The notes under the pieces were generated by a model, which saw only the letters and a list, made by a program, of their open reading frames with translations, was not told the origin of the DNA and ran no database searches. Shown piece after piece: positions 41,177-50,478 of a DNA stretch of 64,000 bases. Source of the stretch: an uncultured bacterium (GTDB lineage: Bacteria; Fidelibacterota; Marinisomatia; Marinisomatales; Marinisomataceae); contig CAJJCZ010000009.1 of assembly GCA_905182795.1 (NCBI GenBank), positions 11,437 to 75,436 on the forward strand, in the 5' to 3' direction. Position numbers and translations under genes: made by a program. Position 1 is the first letter of the stretch; each line of letters starts with the position of its first letter.

Positions 41177-42477
41177 TTGAGAAATTGAGAAATATTTTTG
41201 CTATTCCTGAACTTAGAAGTAAAATATTCTTTACTCTAGGAATCTTAATGGTTGTTAGACTCGGCGCTCAAGTACCTATTCCCGGTATTGACCCTGAAGC
41301 TCTTCGTCAAACAATGGAATCTTTAAATGATACTTTCTTTGGGTTATTCAATATGTTTACTGGAGGAGCATTTGGTCAAGCAGCTGTATTTGGATTAGGA
41401 ATTATGCCATATATTTCAGTCTCAATTGTTGTGCAGATACTTCAAACTACTCTTCCGTATTTTCAACGACTAGCACAAGAAGGTGAAAGTGGAAGAGCTA
41501 AGATTAACCAAATGATTAGATATGGTACAGTAATTCTAGCTTTTGTTCAATCTATTGGTATTGCTTTTTTATTAGAAAGTTATGGTATTGTTTTAGACCC
41601 AGGATTTGCTTTTAGATTTACTGCGGTAGTTTCTATAACAACGGGTACAATGTTACTACTTTGGCTTGGTGAAAAAATTACAGAACATGGTATAGGTAAT
41701 GGTATATCACTTGTTATTATGGTTGGAATTTTAGCAGCATTTCCAAATGTTGTTTTATCTGAGATCTCATACTTTCAACAAGGCGTAAGAGGGATTCTTT
41801 CAGAGCTTTCTCTTGCAATTCTATTCTTCTTCTTAGTTATGTTGATTATACTTATACAGCAAGGTTTGAGAAAAGTACCTGTACAGTATGCTAGAAGAAT
41901 TGTTGGAAGAAAAGTTTATGGAGGACAATCTACTTACCTTCCTTTAAAAATTAATACAGCAGGAGTTATACCTATTATATTTGCACAATCCATATTACTG
42001 ATTCCTGGTACTATTGCAACATTTATGGGTCAGGATGCGACTCAATCTAATTTTATGTCTTGGTTCGCAATGGATCACTGGTTTTCAAATGTATGTTTTG
42101 CATTATTGATTGTATTCTTTACTTATTTCTATACTGCATTACAGTTTGATCCGAATCAGGTAGCTTCTACTTTGAAGCAACAGGGAGGATTTGTTCCTGG
42201 AGTGAAGCCAGGAAAAAAGACAGCACAATTTATAGAAAATATTCTTACTAGAGTGACACTTCCAGGTGCATGCTTCCTTGGATTTATTGCTTTGATGCCA
42301 TACTTTTTACAACAATTAGTTGGCTTAGATTATAGTTATGCTTCATTTTTTGGAGGAACTAGCTTATTAATCATTGTTGGTGTTGGATTAGATACTCTAA
42401 GTCAGGTAGAAACACACTTATTATCTAGGCATTACGATGGTTTCCTTTCAAAAGGTAAAGTTAGAGGAAGAAGATAG
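41173..42477 (+). CDS. secY: Preprotein translocase SecY
   Basis: LGIMPYI, GIGNGISL, GVIPIIFA, GGTSLLI; 10-TM profile; no adk follows. Confidence 0.99.
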   Translation: MIEKLRNIFAIPELRSKIFFTLGILMVVRLGAQVPIPGIDPEALRQTMESLNDTFFGLFNMFTGGAFGQAAVFGLGIMPYISVSIVVQILQTTLPYFQRLAQEGESGRAKINQMIRYGTVILAFVQSIGIAFLLESYGIVLDPGFAFRFTAVVSITTGTMLLLWLGEKITEHGIGNGISLVIMVGILAAFPNVVLSEISYFQQGVRGILSELSLAILFFFLVMLIILIQQGLRKVPVQYARRIVGRKVYGGQSTYLPLKINTAGVIPIIFAQSILLIPGTIATFMGQDATQSNFMSWFAMDHWFSNVCFALLIVFFTYFYTALQFDPNQVASTLKQQGGFVPGVKPGKKTAQFIENILTRVTLPGACFLGFIALMPYFLQQLVGLDYSYASFFGGTSLLIIVGVGLDTLSQVETHLLSRHYDGFLSKGKVRGRR

Positions 42478-43226
42478 TGGTTGACTTAAATAACACTAAT
42501 CAAGTTTCTCAAATGACTGAGAGTTGTCAGATTTTATCTGATACGCTCAATATGATTGAAAATCATGTTAAGCCAGGTCAATCCGTTATGGAATTAGATA
42601 AACTAGCTGAAGAATATATTTTATCTAGAGATGCTAAGCCTGCATTTAAAGGGTATAATAACTTTCCTTCAACGTTAACGGTGTCAATTGATGATGAAGT
42701 AGTTCATGGCATACCAAAAGATATTGTCTTGGAAGAAGGTCAGATTGTTGGTATAGACTGCGGAGTGTTGAAGAATAATTATTATAGCGACTCAGCAAGA
42801 ACATTAGCTGTTGGAAAAATTTCAAAAGAAAAACAATTATTATTAAATATTACAAAAGAAGCACTAGAAATAGGAATCAGCAAAGCGGTAGTAGGAAATC
42901 GCATATTTGATATTAGCGATGCAATACAAAAGCATGTTGAGTCAAAAGGCTATTCAGTAGTGAGAGAGTTAGTAGGGCATGGGATTGGTACACAGTTACA
43001 TCTTGAACCGCAAGTTCCTAATTTTTCTAACCCTAGAAGCGCTGATCATGATATCGAATTAAAAGAAGGCATGTGTTTAGCAATTGAACCGATGGTAAAC
43101 CTAGGATCAAGATATATAAAAACTGACTCAGATGGATGGACAATTAGGACGCAAGATGGGCAACCAAGTGCACACTTTGAACATTCAATTCTTATTACTA
43201 AGTTGCAACCCAGAATTTTAACATAA
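42477..43226 (+). CDS. map: Methionine aminopeptidase type I
   Basis: VVHGIP, D...D, GHGIG..LH, AIEPM, SAHFEH. Confidence 0.96.
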   Translation: MVDLNNTNQVSQMTESCQILSDTLNMIENHVKPGQSVMELDKLAEEYILSRDAKPAFKGYNNFPSTLTVSIDDEVVHGIPKDIVLEEGQIVGIDCGVLKNNYYSDSARTLAVGKISKEKQLLLNITKEALEIGISKAVVGNRIFDISDAIQKHVESKGYSVVRELVGHGIGTQLHLEPQVPNFSNPRSADHDIELKEGMCLAIEPMVNLGSRYIKTDSDGWTIRTQDGQPSAHFEHSILITKLQPRILT

Positions 43227-43450
43227 TGGCAAAACAAGAATCAATAGAAGTAGAGGGAGTAATTAAAGAGGCTTTACCCGGGGCTAGGTTTAGAGTGATT
43301 ATTAACTTAGGCGGTAAAGATCATGAAGTACTTGCTCATGTAAGCGGAAAAATGCGTATGCATTTTATTAAAATGCTACCTGGAGATAAGGTTGATTTAC
43401 AATTATCTCCCTATGATTTAAACAGAGGAAGAATTACTTTTAGGCAATAA
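43226..43450 (+). CDS. infA: Translation initiation factor IF-1
   Basis: SGKMR, LPGD.V, SPYDL.RGRI. Confidence 0.98.
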   Translation: MAKQESIEVEGVIKEALPGARFRVIINLGGKDHEVLAHVSGKMRMHFIKMLPGDKVDLQLSPYDLNRGRITFRQ

Positions 43451-43452
43451 TT

Positions 43453-43569
43453 ATGAAAGTTAGAGCATCAGTAAAGAAAAGAACACGTGATTGCGTTATT
43501 GTACGTCGAAAAGGACGTGTTTACGTTATCAATAAAAAGAACCCTAGATTTAAGCAGAGGCAAGGATAA
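43453..43569 (+). CDS. rpmJ: 50S ribosomal protein L36, zinc-free form (not in ORF track)
   Basis: Translated by hand: [38 protein letters not shown]. Confidence 0.96.
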   Translation: MKVRASVKKRTRDCVIVRRKGRVYVINKKNPRFKQRQG

Positions 43570-43949
43570 TGGCTAGAATAGCAGGTGTAGATATACCAAA
43601 AGATAAGAAAGTTTTATATTCATTGCGTTATGTCCATGGTATTGGACTTAATACTGCAATGAAAGTATGTGAATTAGCAAAAGTAGATCCAAATATAAGA
43701 GTTACGGATTTAAGCTCTAAGGATGAAGATACAATTAGAAAAGTCATTGTAGATTTAAAATTATTGATTGAAGGTGAATTAAGAAGTGAAAATTTAAGAA
43801 ATGTTAAAAGGTTACAGGATATTGGTAGCTATAGAGGGGTAAGACACAGAAAATCTCTTCCAGTAAGAGGTCAAAGAACAAAGACTAACTCTAGAACAAA
43901 AAGAAGTGGAAGAAAACAAACAATGTCACTTGGTAAGAAGGCAGCATAA
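43569..43949 (+). CDS. rpsM: 30S ribosomal protein S13
   Basis: [13 protein letters not shown]...LPVRGQRTKTN. Confidence 0.98.
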   Translation: MARIAGVDIPKDKKVLYSLRYVHGIGLNTAMKVCELAKVDPNIRVTDLSSKDEDTIRKVIVDLKLLIEGELRSENLRNVKRLQDIGSYRGVRHRKSLPVRGQRTKTNSRTKRSGRKQTMSLGKKAA

Positions 43950-43952
43950 TAT

Positions 43953-44339
43953 ATGGAAACAAGAACTAGATCAAAAAAGAATAAGAAAAAGATAAACCCA
44001 AATGGTATTGTCCACATTAAGGCGACATTCAATAATACGAATATTACCGTAACAGATGAAAATGGAAATGTTATTGCTTGGGCTACTGCAGGTAAAGCAG
44101 GATTTAAAGGTTCTAGAAAAAATACAGCATATGCAGCTACTATAGCTTCAGAAAAAGTAGCTAGTGAAGTAGTAAGTATGGGTTTAGCAAGAGTATCCGT
44201 AAGAGTTAAGGGTCCTGGAGCAGGTAGAGAATCAGCTATCAGAGCATTATCTGGCGCTGGTTTACAAGTAACGTCAATAGCAGATGTGACACCATTGCCT
44301 CATAATGGATGTCGACCTAAGAAACAAAGAAGAGTTTAA
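43953..44339 (+). CDS. rpsK: 30S ribosomal protein S11
   Basis: [27 protein letters not shown]. Confidence 0.98.
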   Translation: METRTRSKKNKKKINPNGIVHIKATFNNTNITVTDENGNVIAWATAGKAGFKGSRKNTAYAATIASEKVASEVVSMGLARVSVRVKGPGAGRESAIRALSGAGLQVTSIADVTPLPHNGCRPKKQRRV

Positions 44340-44344
44340 AAAGT

Positions 44345-44959
44345 ATGGCGAAATTAAATACACCTAAAGGTAAGTTAGTTAGAAAGCTTGGAGTTAACAT
44401 TTTTGGTAACCCTAAATTTGATAGATTATTATCAAAAAAAGGATACAGACCTGGTCAGCATGGAAAAATGGGTAAACGTCCTTCAACTTATTCTATACAA
44501 TTACAAGAAAAACAAAAAATTAAGTTCACATATGGAATGCTAGAAAAACAATTTAGAACTTATTTTAAAAAGGCTTCACAGATGAAAGGTGAAGCTGGAT
44601 TTAATTTATTGGTCTTACTTGAATCTAGGTTAGATAACGTAGTTTATAAGCTTGGATTTGGCCCTACAAGATCAGCAGCAAGACAACTTGTTAGTCATGC
44701 ACATTTCATGGTTAACGGTGGTAAAGTTAATATTGCATCTTACCGTTTAAAACCTGGAGATGTTGTACAAGTTAGAGCTAAAAGTAAAAAATTAGATATT
44801 ATATTAAATTCTATTAAAATGGTTAAGGGAGATTTGAACGTTTCTTGGCTTTCTGTTGATAAAGCTAAAATGGAAGGAACATTTGTTAATTATCCCGAGA
44901 GAGATGAAATTGATTTAACTATGAATGAACAATTAGTTGTTGAATACTATTCAAGATAA
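44345..44959 (+). CDS. rpsD: 30S ribosomal protein S4
   Basis: PGQHG, QLQEKQK, LESRLDN, ARQLVSH, EYYSR. Confidence 0.98.
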   Translation: MAKLNTPKGKLVRKLGVNIFGNPKFDRLLSKKGYRPGQHGKMGKRPSTYSIQLQEKQKIKFTYGMLEKQFRTYFKKASQMKGEAGFNLLVLLESRLDNVVYKLGFGPTRSAARQLVSHAHFMVNGGKVNIASYRLKPGDVVQVRAKSKKLDIILNSIKMVKGDLNVSWLSVDKAKMEGTFVNYPERDEIDLTMNEQLVVEYYSR

Positions 44960-44969
44960 AGGAAAAAAA

Positions 44970-45935
44970 ATGAGCAATGATTTAAAATTTAAGATTTCAC
45001 ATAAAATAACTGAAGATAATTCAAGTAATTTTCTTATTAAGCCACTTGAAAGAGGGTATGGAATAACTATTGGAAACTCTTTAAGAAGAGCTTTATTAAC
45101 TGCAGTACCTGGTGCAGCTATTACAAATGTTAAGATTGATGGTGCTTTGCATGAATTTTCAACGCTTGACGGAGTAAAGGAAGATATTGCAGATGTAATT
45201 ATGAATTTAAAAGGAGTGAGATTTCACTTATTTGAAAGTTCAGTAGAGCCTATTTTCTTAAAAATTAAAGGTAAAAAAACATTTACAGCAGCAGATATTC
45301 AAGCTGTAAGTGACGATTTTACTATTTTGAATCCTGATCATTATATTACAGATATTTCAAAGGGAACTACTCTTGAACTAGAATTAAGATTAGGAATTGG
45401 TAAAGGATATAAGTCTAGCGAAGAAAATAAATTGAATAATTCACCTGTTGGAATGATACCGATTGACAGTATTTTTAATCCTGTTACTAAAGTAGCATTT
45501 AACGTTTCTCCATTACCTGGAGCAAAAGAAGATTTAGAGATGTTGTCTTTAGATGTTAAGACAGATGGATCTATCAGCCCTATTGATGCGGTTAGTTATT
45601 GCTCTTCTGTTCTTTCTGAGCATTATAATATTATTAATTCTATCAGCAATCCTTCTGTATTAGAAATTGATAAACCTGTTAGTGAAGAGATTCTACAGAT
45701 TCGCAAACTTCTTGGATCTTCAATTGATGAAATGGAATTGTCAGTAAGAAGTCACAATTGTTTAGAAGCTGCTGGAATTACTCTAATTGGTGAGCTAGTA
45801 GATAAAGATGAAGCTGAAATGCTTGAATATAAGAACTTTGGTCGTAAATCTCTGAATGAGTTGATTGAAAAACTTGAAACTATGGGTCTAAAATTTGGAA
45901 TGGATACTAGTCCCTATGTGGAAGACGAAGTTTAA
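44970..45935 (+). CDS. rpoA: RNA polymerase alpha subunit
   Basis: PLERGYG.T.GN.LRR, IDSIFNPV, LSVRS.NCL, NFGRKSL; start moved to ATG 44970. Confidence 0.97.
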   Translation: MSNDLKFKISHKITEDNSSNFLIKPLERGYGITIGNSLRRALLTAVPGAAITNVKIDGALHEFSTLDGVKEDIADVIMNLKGVRFHLFESSVEPIFLKIKGKKTFTAADIQAVSDDFTILNPDHYITDISKGTTLELELRLGIGKGYKSSEENKLNNSPVGMIPIDSIFNPVTKVAFNVSPLPGAKEDLEMLSLDVKTDGSISPIDAVSYCSSVLSEHYNIINSISNPSVLEIDKPVSEEILQIRKLLGSSIDEMELSVRSHNCLEAAGITLIGELVDKDEAEMLEYKNFGRKSLNELIEKLETMGLKFGMDTSPYVEDEV

Positions 45936-46355
45936 ATGAGAAAAAGAATCTCAGCTAGAAAATTTGGTAAGTCCACTGCTCATAGAAAAGCAATGATGTC
46001 TAATATGGCAAGCTCTCTAATTGAGCATAAACGTATTAAGACTACACATCAAAAAGCTTTAGAACTAAGAAAGTTTATTGAACCAATGGTGACTAAAGCT
46101 AAAGAAAAAACTGTTCATAACAGAAGACAAGTGATGAAGAAGATTCATAACTCAAGTGCTGTAAAAACCTTATTTGATGTTATTGCTCCAGTTTATTCAG
46201 ATAGACCGGGTGGATATACTCGTATTATCAAGCTTGGTACAAGAACAAATGATGCAGCTAAAATCTCTTTAATTGAATTTGTAGATAAGGCTCAATTCGA
46301 AGTCGATGAAGTAGTTTCTGCTGAGGCTGAAGAAGTACCAAAAGAAGATAGTTAA
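45936..46355 (+). CDS. rplQ: 50S ribosomal protein L17
   Basis: HRKAM, IKTT..KA, RPGGYTRI. Confidence 0.98.
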   Translation: MRKRISARKFGKSTAHRKAMMSNMASSLIEHKRIKTTHQKALELRKFIEPMVTKAKEKTVHNRRQVMKKIHNSSAVKTLFDVIAPVYSDRPGGYTRIIKLGTRTNDAAKISLIEFVDKAQFEVDEVVSAEAEEVPKEDS

Positions 46356-46795
46356 ATTTCTACTATTATTTTTCTTAAGTATTTTTTATCTATTTGATCA
46401 AAGTCATTTAATTTTTTTGAATCAATATCAAGTATATATTCTTTTCCATTTTTAGTAAAGGGTATAGCAATTTCAGATTTACTATTTATATCACATATAA
46501 TATGGTTCTTAAATTTGTTTACGTCCCCTACAATTAAAATACTTTTTTTGATGAGAGATTGCCCACAAACACCATTCATTCCAATTGGGCTACAAGGTAT
46601 CTTATCTGAGTGATATTCTGATATTTCTAATTGAGTTTCTTTTTTTACATAAAGACCGCAAAAAATCCAATCTTCAAATTCATTGTATAAATATTTAACA
46701 ATATTATCGATTTTATTTTTTTTATTTAAACATTTAATAAATTGAATTGATTTTTGGTATTTTTTTTCTTTTACATTAGATTGTTCTATATCCAT
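46352..46795 (-). CDS. msrC: GAF-domain free methionine-R-sulfoxide reductase-like protein (MsrC/YebR)
   Basis: W..GLY, PC..I...GVCG, V.DV..F.NHI.CD..SKSEI.IP, LDIDS....FD..D; most likely start is ATG at 46795. Confidence 0.75.
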   Translation of the reverse strand: MDIEQSNVKEKKYQKSIQFIKCLNKKNKIDNIVKYLYNEFEDWIFCGLYVKKETQLEISEYHSDKIPCSPIGMNGVCGQSLIKKSILIVGDVNKFKNHIICDINSKSEIAIPFTKNGKEYILDIDSKKLNDFDQIDKKYLRKIIVEI

Positions 46796-47726
46796 GATTA
46801 AAAATAATAAATATTCTGATAATCCAATAATAGTTTCTGGTATGCCTAGAACAGCTACCACTATAGTTGGTCAGCTTATATCTGATAAAGCTCCTTATAG
46901 CGTGCTTTATGAGCCATTTAACACCTCTCAGGGTTTAAAATCAGTAGATATTAATTATCTTATTCCAGGATTTAATATTATGGAGAATGATTTCGATAAA
47001 ATATTAACGAGCTTATTTGATTTAAGTGGAAGTTTTAAGCTAGGAGTAAAAAGATATGACTCTCTATCGAAAAGACTAATAAAATATATTCTTGGCAATG
47101 AATCATCTATTTCTTTCAAAAAAGCAAAGTATCTTAATCTTAAAAAAGGTTTAATTATTAAAGATCCCTTTTTGGTTTTTGCATCTAAATATCTATCTCA
47201 AAATCATAAAGTCATAATGTGTGAGAGACCATTGCTTCCATTGGCGGGAAGTTTTAAAAGGATGTCTTGGTCGTTCAGCGAATATAATCGATTACTAAAA
47301 GATTTTGATCGCATGGGCTTAGATATTAAAAATTCTAATCAGTTCAATGAGAATAACAGCATTTCACCTTTTGTAGTTGGAGCAATACAATTTTTCTATC
47401 TTTATACATTATTTAAACAAAAAATATTAAATAATGATAATATTTATTTTTTCAATCAACATGATTTATCTATAAATCCTAATAATTCAATTACATCATT
47501 ATTTGATTGGCTAAATATAGATTATTCAAAAAAAGATATAAATAAGATAGCTATGAGTATTTCAGGATCATCTACAAAGAATAAATCTCCTAAGCAAGGA
47601 GTTCAACATGATAAGCTGTATGACAAGGAATATGCTAATGACTATTTTCAGTCAATATTAACAAAAGATGAGATTAAGTATGTGAAAGAATGTGAAATAA
47701 TAATTTGTAGCGGAGGAGAGATTTGA
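46794..47726 (+). CDS. Sulfotransferase family protein
   Basis: 5'-PSB motif IIVSGMPRTATT, YEPFN, IIKDP, and 3'-PB-like R....AGSF. Confidence 0.75.
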   Translation: MIKNNKYSDNPIIVSGMPRTATTIVGQLISDKAPYSVLYEPFNTSQGLKSVDINYLIPGFNIMENDFDKILTSLFDLSGSFKLGVKRYDSLSKRLIKYILGNESSISFKKAKYLNLKKGLIIKDPFLVFASKYLSQNHKVIMCERPLLPLAGSFKRMSWSFSEYNRLLKDFDRMGLDIKNSNQFNENNSISPFVVGAIQFFYLYTLFKQKILNNDNIYFFNQHDLSINPNNSITSLFDWLNIDYSKKDINKIAMSISGSSTKNKSPKQGVQHDKLYDKEYANDYFQSILTKDEIKYVKECEIIICSGGEI

Positions 47727-47781
47727 ACTCCCGACCTTCGGATTATGATTCCGCTGCTCTAACCAACTGAGCTACTCCGCC
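47708..47781 (-). tRNA. tRNA-Met(CAT), elongator type
   Basis: Reverse complement gives GGCGGAG/CTCCGCT with anticodon loop AT CAT AA; no initiator GGG/CCC anticodon stem. Confidence 0.9.
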
Positions 47782-47793
47782 ATCGAAGGCCTA

Positions 47794-47822
47794 AAGTTAT
47801 ATTACTTCATCCTAAAAGTCTA
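47794..47822 (-). promoter_or_regulatory. Putative promoter of tRNA-Met
   Basis: Minus strand TAGACT-N17-TAACTT, 12 nt before the tRNA. Confidence 0.4.
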
Positions 47823-47909
47823 AATTATTTTTACAAGAAAAACGTTTCCTTTTTTATCTTATTGTGTAATTTCAGGTATTGATAATATAACATAGAGGTT
47901 GACTAGCTC

Positions 47910-49253
47910 ATGAAGTATAAGACAAAAGAAGAATTTTTAAATTCAGTAGTAGATAATTATAAAGATCAAAAAGAATTTCACCAAGCTGTTGAAGAGGTTG
48001 TCCATTCTATATGGGATACAGCAGCAGCAAATCCAGAGTATGGTAGATTTAATATTCTAGATAGAATCGTTGTTCCAGATAGAACAATTATTTTTAGAGT
48101 TCCATGGATGGATGATAATAATGAGGTTCATGTAAATTTAGGTTATAGAATTCAATTCAATTCTGCAATTGGGCCCTATAAGGGTGGATTGAGATTTCAT
48201 CCAAGTGTTGATTTAGGAATTTTAAAATTTCTTGCCTTTGAACAAGTATTCAAAAATAGTCTTACAGGACTAAATCTTGGAGGAGGTAAAGGGGGATCAA
48301 ACTTTGATCCAAAAGGAAAATCTGATAAAGAAATCATGAATTTTTGTTACGCTTTCATGAATGAGCTTTATAGGCATATAGGTAGACGTACTGATATACC
48401 GGCTGGCGATATTGGCGTTGGAGGTAGAGAAATTGGATATATGTTCGGTCAGTATAAAAAAATAAGAAATGCATTTACTGGCGTACTAACTGGAAAAGGA
48501 ACAAATTGGGGTGGAAGCGTAATTCGTCCTGAAGCCACAGGTTATGGGTTAGTTTATTTTGTGGTTGAAATGCTTAAAACAAGAGATGATTCTTTAGAAG
48601 GGAAAACTGTTACTATTTCAGGATCTGGAAATGTAGCACAATTTGCCTGTGAAAAATTAATTGAATTAGGAGCAAAGCCAGTAACTTTATCTGATTCTAG
48701 TGGATTTATTTATGATCCAGATGGTATTACTCAAGAAAAATTAAATTATGTGAAAGAGCTTAAAGGCGAAAGATCAGCTAGAATATCTGATTATGCTAAA
48801 AAATATAATGTTGAATATTTTGAAGGAAAACGTCCATGGTTGATAAAGTGTGATATTGCACTCCCATGTGCAACTCAAAATGAATTAAATTTTAGTGACG
48901 CGAAACAGTTGCTAAAGAATGGATGTTTTGTAGTTGCTGAAGGAGCAAATATGCCATCAACTACAAATGCTGTACATCATTTTGTTGATAAAAAAATCTT
49001 ATACGGTCCCGGTAAGGCAGCTAACGCTGGCGGAGTAGCTATTTCTGGTATTGAAATGAGTCAAAATAGTACAAGAATTCCACTTAAGAGAGATAAGGTT
49101 GATGGGTTGCTAAAAGAGATTATGGAGCGTATCCACACTACATGTGTTAAGTATGGTGGTTCTGAAGATAACTTCATTAACTATGTAGATGGTGCCAATA
49201 TCGGAGGATTTGTAAGAGTCGCAGATTCTATGATAGACCAAGGTATTGTCTAA
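47910..49253 (+). CDS. gdhA: Glutamate dehydrogenase, NADP-specific GdhA type
   Basis: GPYKGGLRFHP, GGGKGG, PAGDIGVG, RPEATGYG, GSGNVA, EGANMP. Confidence 0.96.
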   Translation: MKYKTKEEFLNSVVDNYKDQKEFHQAVEEVVHSIWDTAAANPEYGRFNILDRIVVPDRTIIFRVPWMDDNNEVHVNLGYRIQFNSAIGPYKGGLRFHPSVDLGILKFLAFEQVFKNSLTGLNLGGGKGGSNFDPKGKSDKEIMNFCYAFMNELYRHIGRRTDIPAGDIGVGGREIGYMFGQYKKIRNAFTGVLTGKGTNWGGSVIRPEATGYGLVYFVVEMLKTRDDSLEGKTVTISGSGNVAQFACEKLIELGAKPVTLSDSSGFIYDPDGITQEKLNYVKELKGERSARISDYAKKYNVEYFEGKRPWLIKCDIALPCATQNELNFSDAKQLLKNGCFVVAEGANMPSTTNAVHHFVDKKILYGPGKAANAGGVAISGIEMSQNSTRIPLKRDKVDGLLKEIMERIHTTCVKYGGSEDNFINYVDGANIGGFVRVADSMIDQGIV

Positions 49254-49278
49254 ATTTTTTAGTATTATTTAGACCGTT

Positions 49279-50478
49279 ATGCTACGCAAGATTACATCAA
49301 TAGATTTTCAGTCTAATAACAATACTAGTCAGTTTGTAATCATTAGAGTTGATTTCAATGTACCGGTTGAAAATGATCTAGTTGTAGATGATTATAGAAT
49401 ACTCAAATCATTACCCACAATCCAATATTGCCTTGACCAAGGAGCAAAAGTTGTTTTAATGTCTCACAGAGGAAGACCGGAAGGAAAAGTTAATCCGAAT
49501 CTTTCATTGATGCCAGCAGGGGAAAGACTTGCTCAATTATTAGAAATGCCTATAAAATTTTCTCATGACTGTGTATCGGAAGATGCTATAGACGTATCAA
49601 GAAATTTAAAAAGGGGTGAAATTCACCTACTGGAAAATTTGCGATTTCATAAAGGAGAAACAGACAATGATTCATTGTTTGCTTCTAAATTAGCTAAACA
49701 TGGGTCTATTTATTTAAATGATGCATTTGGTACAGCCCATCGTGAACACGCTTCTAATGTAGGTATTGCTGATTATTTTACAACAAAAGGAATGGGTTTA
49801 TTGATGGAGAAAGAGATGGAATTTCTTTCTGACGGCCTCTCTAATGCAACAGATCCAGTATCTTTGATTATTGGTGGAGCAAAAATTGACACTAAGATTA
49901 ATGTAATCAAGCATTTTTTTGATATTGCAGACAATATTATTATTGGGGGTGCAATGGCAAATACTTTTTTAGCTGCAAATAAATATGATATGGGAAAATC
50001 TTTAGTAGAAAAAAATGAAATAGATACAGCTAGGAAGCTTATGCTAATGGCATCTAAACATAAAACAAATATTGTTCTTCCTGTGGACTTTAATGGAGAG
50101 CTAGGTAAGTTTGGAAGTGGTAGATTACGTTATACTAGTAGAGATGATATTAAAAAAACAATGATTTGTGAAGATATTGGAGAGTTAAGTGTTAATTTAT
50201 TTGCAGATATCATCAAAAGATCAAAAACAGTTTTTTGGAATGGTACGGTTGGCGTAGCAGAAAATAAAGATTTTGCTATAGGTACTAATAAAATAATTGA
50301 TGCAATTATAGATAGTAAATGCACTTCTATTGTTGGTGGAGGAGATACTATCGCAGCGATTAGAAATTATAAAAAAGGAATAATTGAAGAATTCTCACAC
50401 GCTTCTACTGGTGGAGGATCTTGTTTAGAATTATTGTCTGGCAATAAGCTTTCAGCAATACAGGCACTAGAAAAATAA
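49279..50478 (+). CDS. pgk: Phosphoglycerate kinase
   Basis: RVDFNVP, SHRGRP, LENLRF, DAFGTAHR, GGGDT, STGGG. Confidence 0.97.
   Translation: MLRKITSIDFQSNNNTSQFVIIRVDFNVPVENDLVVDDYRILKSLPTIQYCLDQGAKVVLMSHRGRPEGKVNPNLSLMPAGERLAQLLEMPIKFSHDCVSEDAIDVSRNLKRGEIHLLENLRFHKGETDNDSLFASKLAKHGSIYLNDAFGTAHREHASNVGIADYFTTKGMGLLMEKEMEFLSDGLSNATDPVSLIIGGAKIDTKINVIKHFFDIADNIIIGGAMANTFLAANKYDMGKSLVEKNEIDTARKLMLMASKHKTNIVLPVDFNGELGKFGSGRLRYTSRDDIKKTMICEDIGELSVNLFADIIKRSKTVFWNGTVGVAENKDFAIGTNKIIDAIIDSKCTSIVGGGDTIAAIRNYKKGIIEEFSHASTGGGSCLELLSGNKLSAIQALEK

Noticed and set aside
46796-46861. Longer start for the GAF gene given in the ORF track
   Set aside because: The extra 22 codons are the antisense of the sulfotransferase PAPS-binding motif.
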